Source of the DNA: Cycas panzhihuaensis
Taxonomy: Eukaryota > Plantae > Cycadophyta
Assembly (NCBI GenBank): GCA_023213395.1
Contig: CM041465.1
Coordinates: 184,333,741-184,397,740, forward strand
Reading direction: 5' to 3'
DNA length: 64,000 nt
Part shown: positions 1 to 13,000 of the stretch, piece after piece
How the letters are laid out: each line of letters begins with the position of its first letter
Numbering within the stretch: the stretch's first letter is position 1
Notes under the pieces: generated by a model
Seen by the model: the letters and a program-made list of their open reading frames with translations, nothing else
Database searches by the model: none
What the model was told of the DNA's origin: nothing
Position numbers and translations under genes: made by a program

Positions 1-106
1 CTCATGTTTTATCTTGTGTTAGTTTTGTTGTTAGTCAATAATACTAAGTGTCATGATATCTTTAGTATTCAATTTTTGTGGTCTTGACATTAAACATTAA
101 GAGGAG

Positions 107-521
107 TGTTAGAAGATAATGTTTAATGTATAAATATTTAATGTACTTAGGTGTAAGTTATATCTTAGAGTTATTAATATGATAGTCCTAAGTATTATAT
201 AAAAGTCTATAGGTCCATATATTATAATGTTGTTAAGTGAGTAGTTAAAAGGTCATTGGTCAGTTAATAGGTGAAAAGTTATTAGGTATATTAAAGGTCA
301 ATTGTCCCACATGTAACTCACCTCATCTCATATGTTCCCATCTATGATGTATAAATAGGTGAGTGAGGTAGAGTAGTATCATCAAGTCATTATGGAGACT
401 CATATTAAGTCTATGGTGTAGTAGTATCATCTTTGATTTAAGTTAATATAGTTTATATTTTATTCATTGATCTTATTGATTAGTGTTGATGTTAAATGCC
501 CCCCATGTTAAAAGTTTAACA
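107..521 (+). repeat. 3' LTR of an LTR retrotransposon extending left of the window, inserted in the pol region of copia A
   Basis: Purine tract TAAGAGGAG (98-106) directly followed by TGTTAG. The segment ends TTTAACA at 521 (TGTTA...TAACA inverted termini), and copia pol sequence follows. The partner LTR is not in the window. Confidence 0.7.
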
Positions 522-599
522 CATAAAAGATTCCAATGCTAGTGATATTAACACTAGTATAAGTGTTCAAACATGAAATAAGCTTAATTTTTCCTTAAT

Positions 600-2090
600 A
601 TCTAATGTTCTAAATATTGATGAACTAGAGTCATTTACATAAGCTAAGGATGTACCCCACTAGTAGACAATTATGTAAGAGGAGTATAAATCTAGTCTAA
701 GGAATGATATGAGGGATCTTATTAAGCTTCATTCAAGGAAGAAAGTTATTGGTTACAGAAGGGTGTATAAGGTGAAGTATCGATCTAATGGTGACATTGG
801 CTAATATAAGGCTCAACTTATGGCTAAAGGATATGTGCAAATCAAACTTATAGACTTTGATGAGACCTTTGCATTTACAACTTAAATGACTATTATTTGA
901 ATGCCTATTACTCTTACATATTATTTTGGTTGGGAGCTTTATCAAATAAATGTTAAGGGCACTTTTTTTTATGGAATTCTAGATGAGAAGGTTCTTACAC
1001 AACAACTTGAAGGCTTTATGCAAGTTGGTAAAGAGCATTTTATATGTAGCCTAAAGAAAGCCTCATATGGGCTTAAGTAATTATTAAGGTCATGACATTT
1101 ATTTATTAATAAATACTTCATCTCTTCTAGATTCACTAGGTGTGAATTAGACCATAACTTGTATATTAAAAATAAGGATGGTGAGATACTTATTATAATT
1201 CTCTGTGTAGATGATGTTATTATCATTGGTAGCATCACATTATAGATCAACTATCTCAAAAAATATTTGTTTGAAGTTTTTGAGATATTTGGACTTAGTA
1301 TTCCATATTACTATCTTGGTATGGAGTTTTGGTAGAATGATGACATCTTTATAGTTTATTAAGATGTTTTTATATGGAGTATTTTATGTCAATGGCCATC
1401 TCATAGAAATTGATTTCCAATTAACTAAGGAGGTGGATAATAGGACTATTAATGGTACTTTGTATAGGTAGTTAGTGGATAGCCTCATTTTCCTCATTAA
1501 TACTAGGCCAAAATTAATTATATTATTGGTGTTATAGCTTACTTTATGAGTTCTCCATCTATCTCTCATTGGAAGGTAACAAAGTACATACTAAGGTATG
1601 TCAAGGGTACTAATGGATTTAGACTTTTATTTTATAGAGTTGATGAGTTTAAAGTGCATGGCTATACTAATTGAGATTGCATTAGAGATGTTGATGACTA
1701 TATATCTACTTTAGGACATGCATTTACATCTAGTTCTAGTGTGATTTCTTGGTGTAGTAAGAAGAAGGCAATTATTTATTATAGTTGTAACTACTTGTGA
1801 GGCAATTTAGTTGAAGAGACTACATGGACACTTCGAGCTTTTGTAGGATGATCCTACATTACTATTTTATGACTATTAGTATCAATCTAATTGTTAAAGA
1901 ACCCTATCTTTCAAAGAAAGTCAAAGTATATAAAATTACATCATCATTTTATTTAGGATTAAATGTAGAGTAGAGCAGTTCAGTTAGTATATTACCCAAT
2001 TGAGAATAAACTTGTTGATATTCTTACTAAGACTTTAAATTATGAGAGATTTGAGAGGCTCAAGAGGCTCTTATTTATAATTGATAATGA
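600..2090 (+). pseudogene. Ty1/copia reverse transcriptase and RNase H relic
   Basis: Manual translation gives VYKVKYRSNG..YKAQLMAKGY (~765-835), LCVDDVI at 1201 (YVDD), WCSKK at ~1750 and LVDILTK at 2011 (ADILTK), with many stops. Confidence 0.9.
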
Positions 2091-2116
2091 ATTACATATT
2101 ATGAGGGGGTATTAAA

Positions 2117-2317
2117 TGTAAAACTCTCATTGGATATACTTGTCATTAATGAGGGAAAATCCTATATAAATATAATATAATTTACATGAGTCTTGGACAG
2201 GGCTGAATGCATATGTACCACTTATCATAGGAAAAGTGAAGAGAGAATGATACATAACCCTCATAAAAATATATTAGAGAAGTACTATAATTCTTAGATA
2301 AAATATTACTTTTAACA
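2117..2317 (-). repeat. 3' LTR of copia B
   Basis: TGTAAAAC...TTAACA; aligns with 7146-7346 and lies next to the PPT. Confidence 0.95.
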
Positions 2318-2339
2318 CCCTCTCTTAATGTTTTATCTA

Positions 2340-5300
2340 TTTTATTCCAAGTTTGTCTCTAAAGAATTAGAACTCGTCTTTATTTAGTGGTTTTGTAAAT
2401 ATGTCAGTAATTTACTCATCTAATGTGTAATGTAGCAACTTGGCCTCCTTCTCTTTGAACCTTTTCTCTTATGAAATGATGATAAACTTCTATATGCTTT
2501 GTTCTGGTATGAAGAATAGGATTTTTTGTCATCTTAATTATGCTTAGATTGTCATAAAACAGAATGGTAGGACTCTTGTATTCTTCACCCAAATCTTTTA
2601 ATAATTATTTAATCTGAACACCTTCATAAGTTACACTTATTACTAATTTATATTTAGATTCAATGGAGGATAAAGTAGTTATGGGTTATTTTTGGTTGCT
2701 TTAAGATATTACTACTGATCCCAAAGAGAAATAGTATCCTGTAGTTGACTTTCTATTTATTCTATCTCTTGCCTAATCTAAGTTACTATAACCTGTCAAT
2801 TGTATAGTATCAACTCTTATATAATTCAAACCTAGATCGATTGTTCCTTTTAAATATCTGAGTATTCCTTTTACTGCATTTCAATGTTATATCTTTGGTT
2901 CTTATATTTGTCTAAAAATTACTTTAGCTAAATAAGATATGTTGGGTCTTGTAGCAGTGAGATATATCAGACTTCCAACTAGTTAATTGTATATGGTTAC
3001 ATTTACTACCTAACTATTTGTATTATGATTTAACACATAACCTATTTCCATTGGTGTGGCATAACTGCTGCAATTTTTCATGTTAAAATTTTCCAACATA
3101 TTCCTAATATATTTGGATTGAGACAAGATGATAAAATCTTTCAATTGATTTACGTCAATTCCAATATAATAATATAACATTTTAAGATCGATCATGTTAA
3201 AAACGTTTTTTAACTGGTTTTTTGTAGATGCAATTGAGCCTATATTATTTCCTATGAGGAGTATATCATCTACATACACTATTATTATGGTTATTAGACC
3301 CTTATTAAATTTCACATATAGACTGAGATTAGACTTATATTTGTGGAAGTTATTGTGAATAAGGTATTTATCTAACATTACATACCATGCTCTTAGAGCT
3401 TATTTAAGCTCATATAACCCTTTCTTTAACCTACATACTAGATTTTCTTATCTTGATTTCATATAGCCTTCAAGTTGATGTATATATACTTCCTCTTTTA
3501 GATCTCCATTTAAGTAAGCACTCTTCATATCAAGTTTAAAAAAATTTCAATTATGTTGAGTAGCTAAAGTAATTATAGTTCTCATAGTATTTAATTTGGC
3601 TATTAGTGAAAACATTTCTTCATAATCTATACCTATAATTGAAGTGTATCCTTTGACAACTAACCTTACTTTATATTTCTTAAATTTTCCTTTGGATTTT
3701 TCTTTTACCTTGTATACCCATTTGTAATTAACTATGGGTTTATTTGTAGGAGGTTCAACTAGCTCCCAGGTTTCTTTATTTGAAATTATTATTATTTCAA
3801 CATTCATTATTGTTTTCTATTTAGAATATTGGCTTACCTCCTCATATATATCAGGTTCAACAAAATAAGCTCGTGCTTGATATTTTTGAGATCTTGTCCT
3901 GTGCTGAAAAATATTTCCTTTTATTTTCTCAATTATTTTAAGATACTATTTTGGTATCTTCTTAGATGTATGTTCCTTAGATATAATCCTTTGCTCTCCT
4001 TCTTTTATAGTACTTTCTTTGATAAAAGGACTAATCTGACTACTACTTAAAGATATTACTTTAAAATTTTCACTAATTAATTCAATATTTTCTGAAGTGA
4101 TTTTAGAGTCTTCATCTGAAGCAGTTGATATATACTTAATAGATGTTTCTGATATTGTTTCTATCTCTTGACACATTCTCTGATTGTTTTCAAGGCTTTC
4201 ATCAAAGACTACATCTCAACTAGCATAGACCTATTGGCTTTTGGATCTATGCATATGTAAGCCTTTAATCTATTGCTATATCCTATCGTTATACATTTTA
4301 TACTTTTTCCATCAAGTTTAGTTTGTTTTTTATCTGGAATATGAACATAAGCCTTATAACTAAAAACTTTCAGGTTACTTAGTCCAGACTTCTTCTAGTG
4401 TGACTTTATACAAAGCTTGTATTGGACTCCTATTTATTAGATATATTGTAATATTGACAACTTCTTCCCATTATGCTTTAGTAACTTGCCTATCTTGAAT
4501 CATACACCAAGCCATTTCCAGTATTCTACTACATTTAATTATGGTGAGTAATGTATAGTTACTTATCTATGTATTCCATGGTTTTTTAGAAAAGATAGAA
4601 TTCTTTTAACATGTGTTCATCTCTACTATCAAAGCAAATGTCTTTGAATTTATTGTTACTTTTTAATTCAACTTTTGCTTTAAATTTCTTAAAGTAATCA
4701 TATGTTTTTAATTTTCTAAACAAAAAATATATCTAAGTTTTTATAGAAAAATCATTAATAAAAGTAAGAAAATACCAAGCTCTATTCAAAGAACTTAGTG
4801 TAATAGGACCATAGAGATTTGTATGAACTAATTATAGTTTGTTTTGTGTTGACCATGTGCTTCTTAAGAATGGAGCTCTATGTTGTTTTCTCATCATGTA
4901 AGTTTTATATATAAAAGAATTAAAAGACATATTCAGTAGTCCATCCACCATGTTAGATAATTCTAACTTATTATTTGAGACATGTCATACTTTAAATGAT
5001 AAATTTCATTATCATTATAACTTGAAATAAAATGAGAGTTTACTTTAGATTTAGACATAAGAGGACCTCCTTAAGGCAAAACAAGTTTAAAGAGCAACTT
5101 AGACAGATTATTGCTCTCTATCCCTTATGAAATTACAACATTATTTCTCTTCATATTTAGAATGAATAATGTCTATTTTCATCAAATATAGTCCTTAATT
5201 TCTCTCCTTAACTAGGATATTTACAATAGATTCTTTTTCATTCCTGGAATAAAAAGAACATTTCTAATTCTTTGTATCTATCCATCAATTTTAGTAATAA

Positions 5301-6416
5301 TTATTCTAATTCCATGTATATGAAGAGGATCATTATTGCCTAATTCAATAGATCTATTAGATGGATATGGTTTCAAGGTTTCAAACCATTTTCTCTTCCC
5401 TTATCATATGATTAGATTCTCTTAAATCAACATGCCAATCATTTATTACTTTAGAGCTGGTGGCAAGAGCAACCACAAAGGTTATTTCTACTTCATCTTC
5501 TACTATATCCTACTGCTTACTGTAATGACTTGCTACCTACTTCCCTCTCTGGATTTCTGTATGTGTTTATGGGAATTGATGGAGAAAATGTCTAGATTAT
5601 CTGTAATGATAACATGCATCAAACACACGATAGTTACTTAAAAAATGACTAGGTCTTCTATAATTAGAGCAAACTCTAGAGTCTCTTAGAGGTATCAACC
5701 TTGCTCAATCTCTTCCTTCTAACAAATATCCTTTGGCACCTATTGGAGGTATTCTACCATGTTCATGAAAAGCAAGTTATCCATATCCTTTGTTATCCAA
5801 GTTGAATTTGGATACAAAAGCTTCTTTAATTTCTACATCTTCTTTATATCTTTTGTTCTTGGTTTAGCATATGCCCTGTTAAAGCTTCAAAGGTTATGTT
5901 AGCAATTTTACCTCCTCGTATTAGCATATTGGCCATGTTATTAAATGATTTGGACAATTTATTTAATACCAAATGAATAAGTCCTATGTTTGTAATTTTA
6001 TCTCCATATGAAATAAGATTATTTTCTATATTATTAACTCTTGTAACAAAGTTAGGAATAAGCTGATTTTCTCTTATTCTAAGTTTGTATAGTTCTTCCC
6101 TTAGAGAAATTATCCTTATCTCATTCCTTTGATTAAACAAGGATATTACTACCTTCTAAATTTTTAAAGAAGCCCCTATACCATCCGCATAGGATAAAAG
6201 GGAGTTTGAAATTGAGTGTTTGAGTATGGCAATAGTTATATTATCCCTCTCTTCCTAACTTATTAAATCGATGATATTAGAGGGGTTTATCTCTTTTCCT
6301 ATTGTAATTTTCCATGCATTTTTTACTATAAGAAGTCCTATTTGAATTTTCTAGATGTTAAAATTTATCTCTATAAGTTTATCTACTTTATTAAGGGCAA
6401 CTATAGATGAGGCTAT
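2340..6416 (-). pseudogene. gag-pol relic of copia B
   Basis: ORF fragments: gag UBN2-like (5844-6140), RT ETWELV...KWVYKVK...YKVRLVVKGY (3547-3807) and VYVDDILL (3010-3378). The start codon has decayed to ATA at 6416. Confidence 0.9.
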
Positions 6417-7145
6417 TTTAGATTTGTAAAATTAAATAAAAGTAAACCCTAAGATTATGATGTTTGTCTGTACAGCTATATGATGTATGAAAATATATAA
6501 AAATTTATAGGTGTACAGATTTTAGAAAATAAGGGTGTAAAATGTAGCCCTTAAAATATAGATTCTAATTCTAAAATATTAAAAAAAAAATCTTTTCTTA
6601 GTTGATCAAAATCTAGGTCAAAATCTTGAATTTGTAATTAGGGTCTTTTAGGAAAAATACTTAGAACTTTTAAAATATTTATTAAACAACTTCAAAATTG
6701 ATATCAAAAGATTTATCTTAGAGAGAGGAAGACTTCAAGATAGGTTTTACCCAAAAAGTCTAAGTTGATTAGGAGAATTCTATAATCTTCTTTCAAAACT
6801 TGTGCCCACTAAAAATAGGTTAAAACTGCCCTAAATCTTTTAAATTTTGAATCAAACATTTAGAGAAAGATGACAGACTCTTCAAGACATCCTCATAGGT
6901 GAAATTTCATCATATTATGAGTACTTAAAAAAATTAGTTTGTATGGTCAATATAGTCTGTACTCTATTCATACTTTAAGCAATTAATAGTTGCTTCGCTA
7001 CTTGAACACTGACAAAAGACTTCTTTAAGCTTTCTCAAAGAAAACTTCTTTAGATTCACTTAAAAACCCTAAAAAATTAAATTAAACTCTTCTTTTTGGA
7101 TCCTTATTACTCTTGTCTTAATAAGGAAACCTTACTCTAATACCA

Positions 7146-7346
7146 TGTAAAACTTTGAATGGATATACTTATCATTAATAAGGGAGAACCCTCTATAAAT
7201 ATAACATAATTTTCATGAGCCTTCGATAGGGTTGAATGCATGTGCACCACTTATCACAAGCAAAGTGAAGAAGGAATGACACATAACCCTCATAAAAATA
7301 CATTAGAGAAGTATTATAATGCCTAGATAAAATATTACTCTTAACA
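7146..7346 (-). repeat. 5' LTR of copia B
   Basis: Direct repeat of 2117-2317, with the PBS immediately inside. Confidence 0.95.
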
Positions 7347-7684
7347 TTAAAAATAATGTGTGCTTTATATTCTTTTTCTTGAGTCGATAAATGTGCCACA
7401 TTAAGAAGATTCTCTCAAGAGTTGTATTTCTATTCTTCTCTCACAGATACAAGAGTATGCATGAGGTGCACTGTGTTGTTTGCTTTACAACTTTTAAATA
7501 TTTATTCTTTACTCCACACTCTTATTAAAATGAGGAGTGGTCTTACCCTCATAAGTTAATCAAATTGATTAATTGAGGCATCGCGAGTAGATTGAGCCAT
7601 TATATTATTTGTGATGTAAATATTATTTCTTATAATCCTTGTACAATTTTTCTTGTGTCATTACTCTCATTTCATTGTTGAAAC

Positions 7685-8739
7685 TGATCCAGGAGGATCT
7701 ACCATATGTTTACAGGATGCGGAAAATGCTAGGCATTAGCATAACTAAAAGAGATATGGCCAAATGGTATCAAAATTCTATGAAATTTTGTTTAAAGGGA
7801 TAAGACACATCTCACTAGATGTGTACAAAAGGTGGGGTTCAGAAAATATCATTTGATTAGAGTTCAAGCCTTGTCTTTGCATAAAAATTAATCCCACAGT
7901 TAGTAGAAAAAAAATAGAAAATGTATATTTTGATTATATGAATAGAAACATGGCCAAATGACATCCAACTGAGCTAAAATTTTGAGGAAGCGGAGGAGAC
8001 ATACGTTCCGATATGTGTACAAAATTTGAGCTGAATTGGAGTCCGTTAAGGTCAGTTACAAGCTGCAACTTTTATGAATTGTATGAAGGCCACTTGGACA
8101 GCAGAAAAACAACAAATACATATTATTAATAAATGAATAAAAATGCCGTCAAATGAAATCCAAATGAGCTAAAAATTTGAGGACGATGAGGGGACATACG
8201 TTCCTATACGTGTACCAAATTTGAGCCAAATTGGAGTACGTTAAGATCTATTACAAACTGTAACTTTTTAAGAATTGTATGAAGGCCACTTGGACAACAT
8301 GCATTCTGGTGGTTAGTGGTTATACTTGCATGATTGCCACTTGTTAAACATGCAATTCAGGTTTCTTTCTATAAATTGAGCCCTTCTACAGGTTGGAGAG
8401 GTGGTTCTTGGAGACTTGACTTGGGAAGCATCCTTGGAGAAGCATTTGGAGGGTTGGAGTCCCCCTTATGGTATAATTGTAACATTTATTCCTTGTAATT
8501 TTACCATTCTTTTGCTAGTTGATTTCTCCACCATTAAATGGAGATTTTCATGGTTTAATAAAAGTATTACTCCTCATACTTTTGGATCAATTCCAAGAAT
8601 AAATTATTTGGTATAGAATTTTCCTTTCATGGGCTCATTGTTGTTTTGATGTTATTGAGATTTCTACACTAACTCCCAGGATCTCAAGGAGAAAAGGTTG
8701 ATAATTGACTTCTTCACCAACTAAGCTCTTTTGGGATCA
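7685..8739 (+). repeat. 5' LTR of CRM-like element, with three ~195-bp internal units
   Basis: Direct repeat of 13355-14407. Internal units start near 7760, 7955 and 8150. Confidence 0.97.
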
Positions 8740-8744
8740 TATTT

Positions 8745-8756
8745 TGGTATCAGAGC
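8745..8756 (+). promoter_or_regulatory. Primer binding site, tRNA-iMet
   Basis: TGGTATCAGAGC, 5 nt after the LTR end. Confidence 0.95.
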
Positions 8757-8930
8757 CTCTGATCTTTGTTGTAGGGACTTGAATGGTACAAACAAGGAAA
8801 GGATACAAAGAGAAATGTGAAGACTTTCTTGTGTTGCAATCACCAAGAAGACAAAGAAAGAATCCAAGCACCATGGTGAAAAGAAGATGGAGAAATTAGA
8901 TTTGAAAGGCTTGAGAAGAACGTCGAAGCC

Positions 8931-10088
8931 TTGATGCAAATGATGACCCACCTTCTACCTCTAGTCAAAGGAAAAGGCAAAGAGAAGGAATTTGAAGGAG
9001 GATCCACATATGACCACGACCATGAAGAGGAAGAGGAGGAGATCTTAAAGCACTCTTTTGAAGAAAGCAAGGGTACTTCATCTCATCAACCCTTCAAGGT
9101 GGAGGCAAAGTTGGATATTCCAACTTATGATGGAGAGGTAAATGCTGAAAAGTTGGACCATTGGTTGGATCAACTTGAAACCTACTTCACAATCTATGCT
9201 TATAGTAATGCTCAAAAGCTTTCATTTGCTAGGCTCAAGTTGTGTAAACATGCATTGACATGGTGGAATGCATATTTAAAGACTCATGATGTATCTTCTT
9301 TTTCATGGAGGGATTTTAAGAAAATAATAAAGAAGCAATTCTACCCCATAGGTCATGAGGAAGACCAATGGGTCACTTGGCAATATTTACGCCAAGGGAG
9401 AGGTGTAAGTATCCAAGACTATATTTCTTTATTTTTTAGGCATGGCATGCTACTTGGTATTAATATGGATGAACATGTCACTCTTATGAAATTCATTGGA
9501 GGATTACATGAATACATAAGGAAGGAACTAAGGCTTTTTAAGGTTCAATCCATTGGAGAAGCAAGTAGGATGGCTATGGCAATAGAAAGTAAAAGTAAGA
9601 AATCTACATTCATGTCTAAAGATTCTACTTTTACTTCTAATAAGTATGAAAAGAATCCTAAATGGCACTCATCAAAAAGGCAAGAAGGAAAGAAGAAAAG
9701 AACTAATTTTGTTAAAAGTTCTAACTATTGTGAGCATTGTGATATTAGTGGTCATATTACAGCAAAGTGTTGGAAGTTGCATCCAAAACTAAAGCCAAAG
9801 CATATCAAGGATATGGAATTAAGAAAGAAGGAAAAAGGGAAAGCACTACTTTCTGAGGTGGAGATTCAAAGTGAAGGAGAAGAAGAGAAGGTCACTCTAC
9901 TTACAAATTATGAAGATGATGCTACAAGGAAGGAACTATTTCACTTGAAGCTTCAAGTGGGAAATAGTATGATTGGTGCCATTATAGATCCGAAGCCAAA
10001 AGAATTTGATCTCAGAAAGTTTGGTAAAGAGCATTGGTTTGGTAACTACTCCTCACCCTCACCCATATCCTCTTGGTTGGATCCATAA
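8931..10088 (+). CDS. gag: Retrotransposon Gag with CCHC knuckle, running into the start of the protease (frameshift near 9990)
   Basis: 385-aa ORF containing KLDIPTYDGEVNAEKLDHWLDQLETYF, LTWW, LRQG..SIQDY, KFIGGL and CEHCDISGHITAKC. Confidence 0.9.
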   Translation: MMQMMTHLLPLVKGKGKEKEFEGGSTYDHDHEEEEEEILKHSFEESKGTSSHQPFKVEAKLDIPTYDGEVNAEKLDHWLDQLETYFTIYAYSNAQKLSFARLKLCKHALTWWNAYLKTHDVSSFSWRDFKKIIKKQFYPIGHEEDQWVTWQYLRQGRGVSIQDYISLFFRHGMLLGINMDEHVTLMKFIGGLHEYIRKELRLFKVQSIGEASRMAMAIESKSKKSTFMSKDSTFTSNKYEKNPKWHSSKRQEGKKKRTNFVKSSNYCEHCDISGHITAKCWKLHPKLKPKHIKDMELRKKEKGKALLSEVEIQSEGEEEKVTLLTNYEDDATRKELFHLKLQVGNSMIGAIIDPKPKEFDLRKFGKEHWFGNYSSPSPISSWLDP

Positions 10089-13000
10089 AGATGTGGAAAT
10101 GCAAATATCAAAGCAATGTACACTTAAATTTTCCATCACTAATGATTTTGTTGATGAGGTAATATGTGATGTGGTGCCACTGGATGTATGCCATGTTGTG
10201 CTTGGAAGTCCCTACTTGTGGGATCGAGATGCACTCTTCTATCGAAGGGAGAGAAAGTATCGATTGATGAAGGATAACAAGGGCTTCATCATAAAGGCCA
10301 CAAAGAAGCACTTGGATAAAATAGCATTAATTTCAGCTACTCAAGCAAAAGGGATGATCAATGCATGTGGTAAATTTGTCATCTTAATGGTAAGGAGAAA
10401 ATAAGAGCCAAGAGATGAAGAAGGTCCTTCTACTCACACTCTTCTTATATCACCTAAACAAATGCAACAAATTGAGGAGTTAAAGACAAGGTATGATATT
10501 CTATTTCAACATGTTGATGGGCTTCCACCAAAGAGAAAGATAGAGCATGAAATCACTCTTGTAGGAGATGCACCATTACCTAATGTTGCTTTGTATAGGC
10601 ACTCCATTGTAGAAAATAATGAGATAAAGAGGCAAGTTGAGGAGTTGCTTGATTAAGGGGTCATAAGACCTTCATGTTCACCTTGTAGGTCATCAATTGT
10701 CTTGGTGCCTAAGAAGGATGGAGGATGGAGAATGTGTATAGATTTTCGTGCTTTGAATAAAATTACAATTAAAAATCGCTACCCTTTGCATCGTATAGAT
10801 GACTTGCTTGATCAAATTCAGCATGCTTGTTATTTCACTAAATTGGATTTAAAAAGTGGTTATCACCAAGTTAGGGTCAAGGAGGAGGACACATGGAAGA
10901 CGGCCTTCAAAACAAAGCAAGGACTCTTTGAATGGATGGTTATGCCTTTCGGATTGTGTAATGCTCCTGCAACATTCATGAGGCTAATGAATGAAATATT
11001 AAGGCCTTACTTAGATAATTTTGTTGTTGTCTATCTTGATGACATTTTGATTTTCAAAGAACACATGGGAGGAACATTTGCGGCACATAGAAGAAGTTTT
11101 AAAGACTATGGCTAAGCATCATTTGAAGCTTAATGTGAAGAAGTGTGAATTTGGCAAGGAGAACTTGATCTTCTTAGGCTTTGTGGTTGGAGGAGGAAAG
11201 TTGAGCATTGATCCACTCAAGACTCAAGCCATCCTCAAATGGCCTAGGCCAACAAACATCATGAGGTGAGAAGTTTTTAGAGCTTGTCAATACTTGAGAA
11301 AGTTCATTCTTCATTTCTCACAGGTTGCAGCACCTCTACATGGATTGACAAAATCTAGTAGAAAGTTTACTTGGGGTTCCAAGGAGGAAGAAGCCTTTCT
11401 TCTTTTAAAGAAGAAAATTTGTGAAGCACCGGTTTTGGCAATGCCAAATTTGCAAAGGCCTTTTGAAGTAGAAGCTGATGCAAGTGGAAATATGATGGGA
11501 ACTGTCCTTATTCAAGATGGGAAGCCTATTGCATACCATTCGGAAGTCTTCACCCCTCAAGTGAAGAACTACCCAACATATGATCGAGAAATGTTCGCAC
11601 TTCATCAAGCATGCAAGCATTGGAGGTCATACTTGCTCGGAAAAGAGGTTGTAGTTCATACCGATCATAAGCCTCTTCAATTTTTACAAACTCAAAGTAA
11701 ATTACAGCAAGTAAGACACATGAAGTGGATGAGTTATTTACAACAATTCAATATTGTAATTAAGTATAAAAGGGATCTAATAACAAAATTGCGATATGTT
11801 ATCTAGACCACCTTGTTCCACTTCTTCTTCTACTTTTGTTTGTAGTTCTCTTATGAGTTTGCAGGTGGAACCAATGCATCATGAAGAGTACAAAGACTTG
11901 TACCATGAAGATGAAGCTTTGAAGGAAGAATTAGAGAACCTAGCGAAGGAAGACCTTCCCACTTACTTGGAAGGATGGTCTACTTTTCAAAAGGGAGCAG
12001 CTCTATGTTCCATCAAAAAGAGACAATATCAAGTGGCTTAGAGAAGCCCATACTTCTAAAGTAGCTGGTCACTTTGGTATAGAGAAGACTTTAGCAAATT
12101 TGAGAAGATATGTTGTATGGCCAAAAATGTAAAATGATGTAAAAAAAATATGTAAAAGGATGTGTAATGTGTAATACTTCTAAGCCTTCTTCTAGAAAAT
12201 TCGGATTGTATGCACCACTGCCTATTCCCACTAGGCCTTGGGAAAGTATCTCCATTGATTTTTAGGGGACTTCCCATGACTAGGAAGGGACATGATTATC
12301 TTTTGTTGTTGTAGATAGGTTTAGTAAAATGATATGTCTAATAGCTTATAAGAAGGCGATCAGTGCACAGAGCGGTGAGTTATTCTTCGAGCATGTATGG
12401 AAGAATTTTGGCTTGCCCTCTTCCATCATTTCAGATCGGGACACTCGATTCCTTTCATCATTTTGGAAGTCACTATGGGAGATGATGGATACCAAATTGA
12501 AGAGGAGTACAAGTTTCCATCCTCAAACAGTTGGACAAACCGAAGTAGTGAACAGAACTTTGGTCCATCTATTGAGGATACAATTCCAAGCATCCAAAGA
12601 CTTGGGATGAATCATTGGCTTTTCTACAATTTGCTTTTAATAGAGCAATGCATGCATCACACTCTAAAGCACCTTTTGAAGTTTGTTTGGGATACTTACC
12701 TCAAAGTCCATTTGACTTGGAGTTTTCCATGCAAGCTAAGGAAGGATCCGTCAAAGAGAAGGAGGAGCATGACAAGGCTTTAAGATACTTGAGAAGATCC
12801 GGAGAGTCCACAAAGAAGTACATGATCAACTTCTAAGGACTCAACAAAAGTACAAGGAAAGACATGACAAGCATAGGCAAGAGTGTACTTTCCAAGAAGG
12901 AGATTTAGTATGGTTATACTTGAGCAAGGAGAGGTTAAAAGGAGAAGGTAAGAAACTCAAACCTATAAGGTATGGACCATTCAAGATTTTGAGAAAAGTA

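Larger units (their letters stand above)
2117..7346 (-). mobile_element. Copia B: full-length decayed Ty1/copia LTR retrotransposon
   Basis: Two 201-bp LTRs (2117-2317, 7146-7346) and a perfect TSD TTAAA (2112-2116, 7347-7351). PBS is CTCTAATACCA at 7135-7145 (tRNA-iMet type, - strand). PPT is CCCTCTCTT at 2318-2326. Confidence 0.95.

Noticed and set aside
733-1569. Short - strand ORFs (733-945, 969-1250, 1384-1569)
   Set aside because: Antisense shadows of the copia A RT relic with no recognisable motifs.
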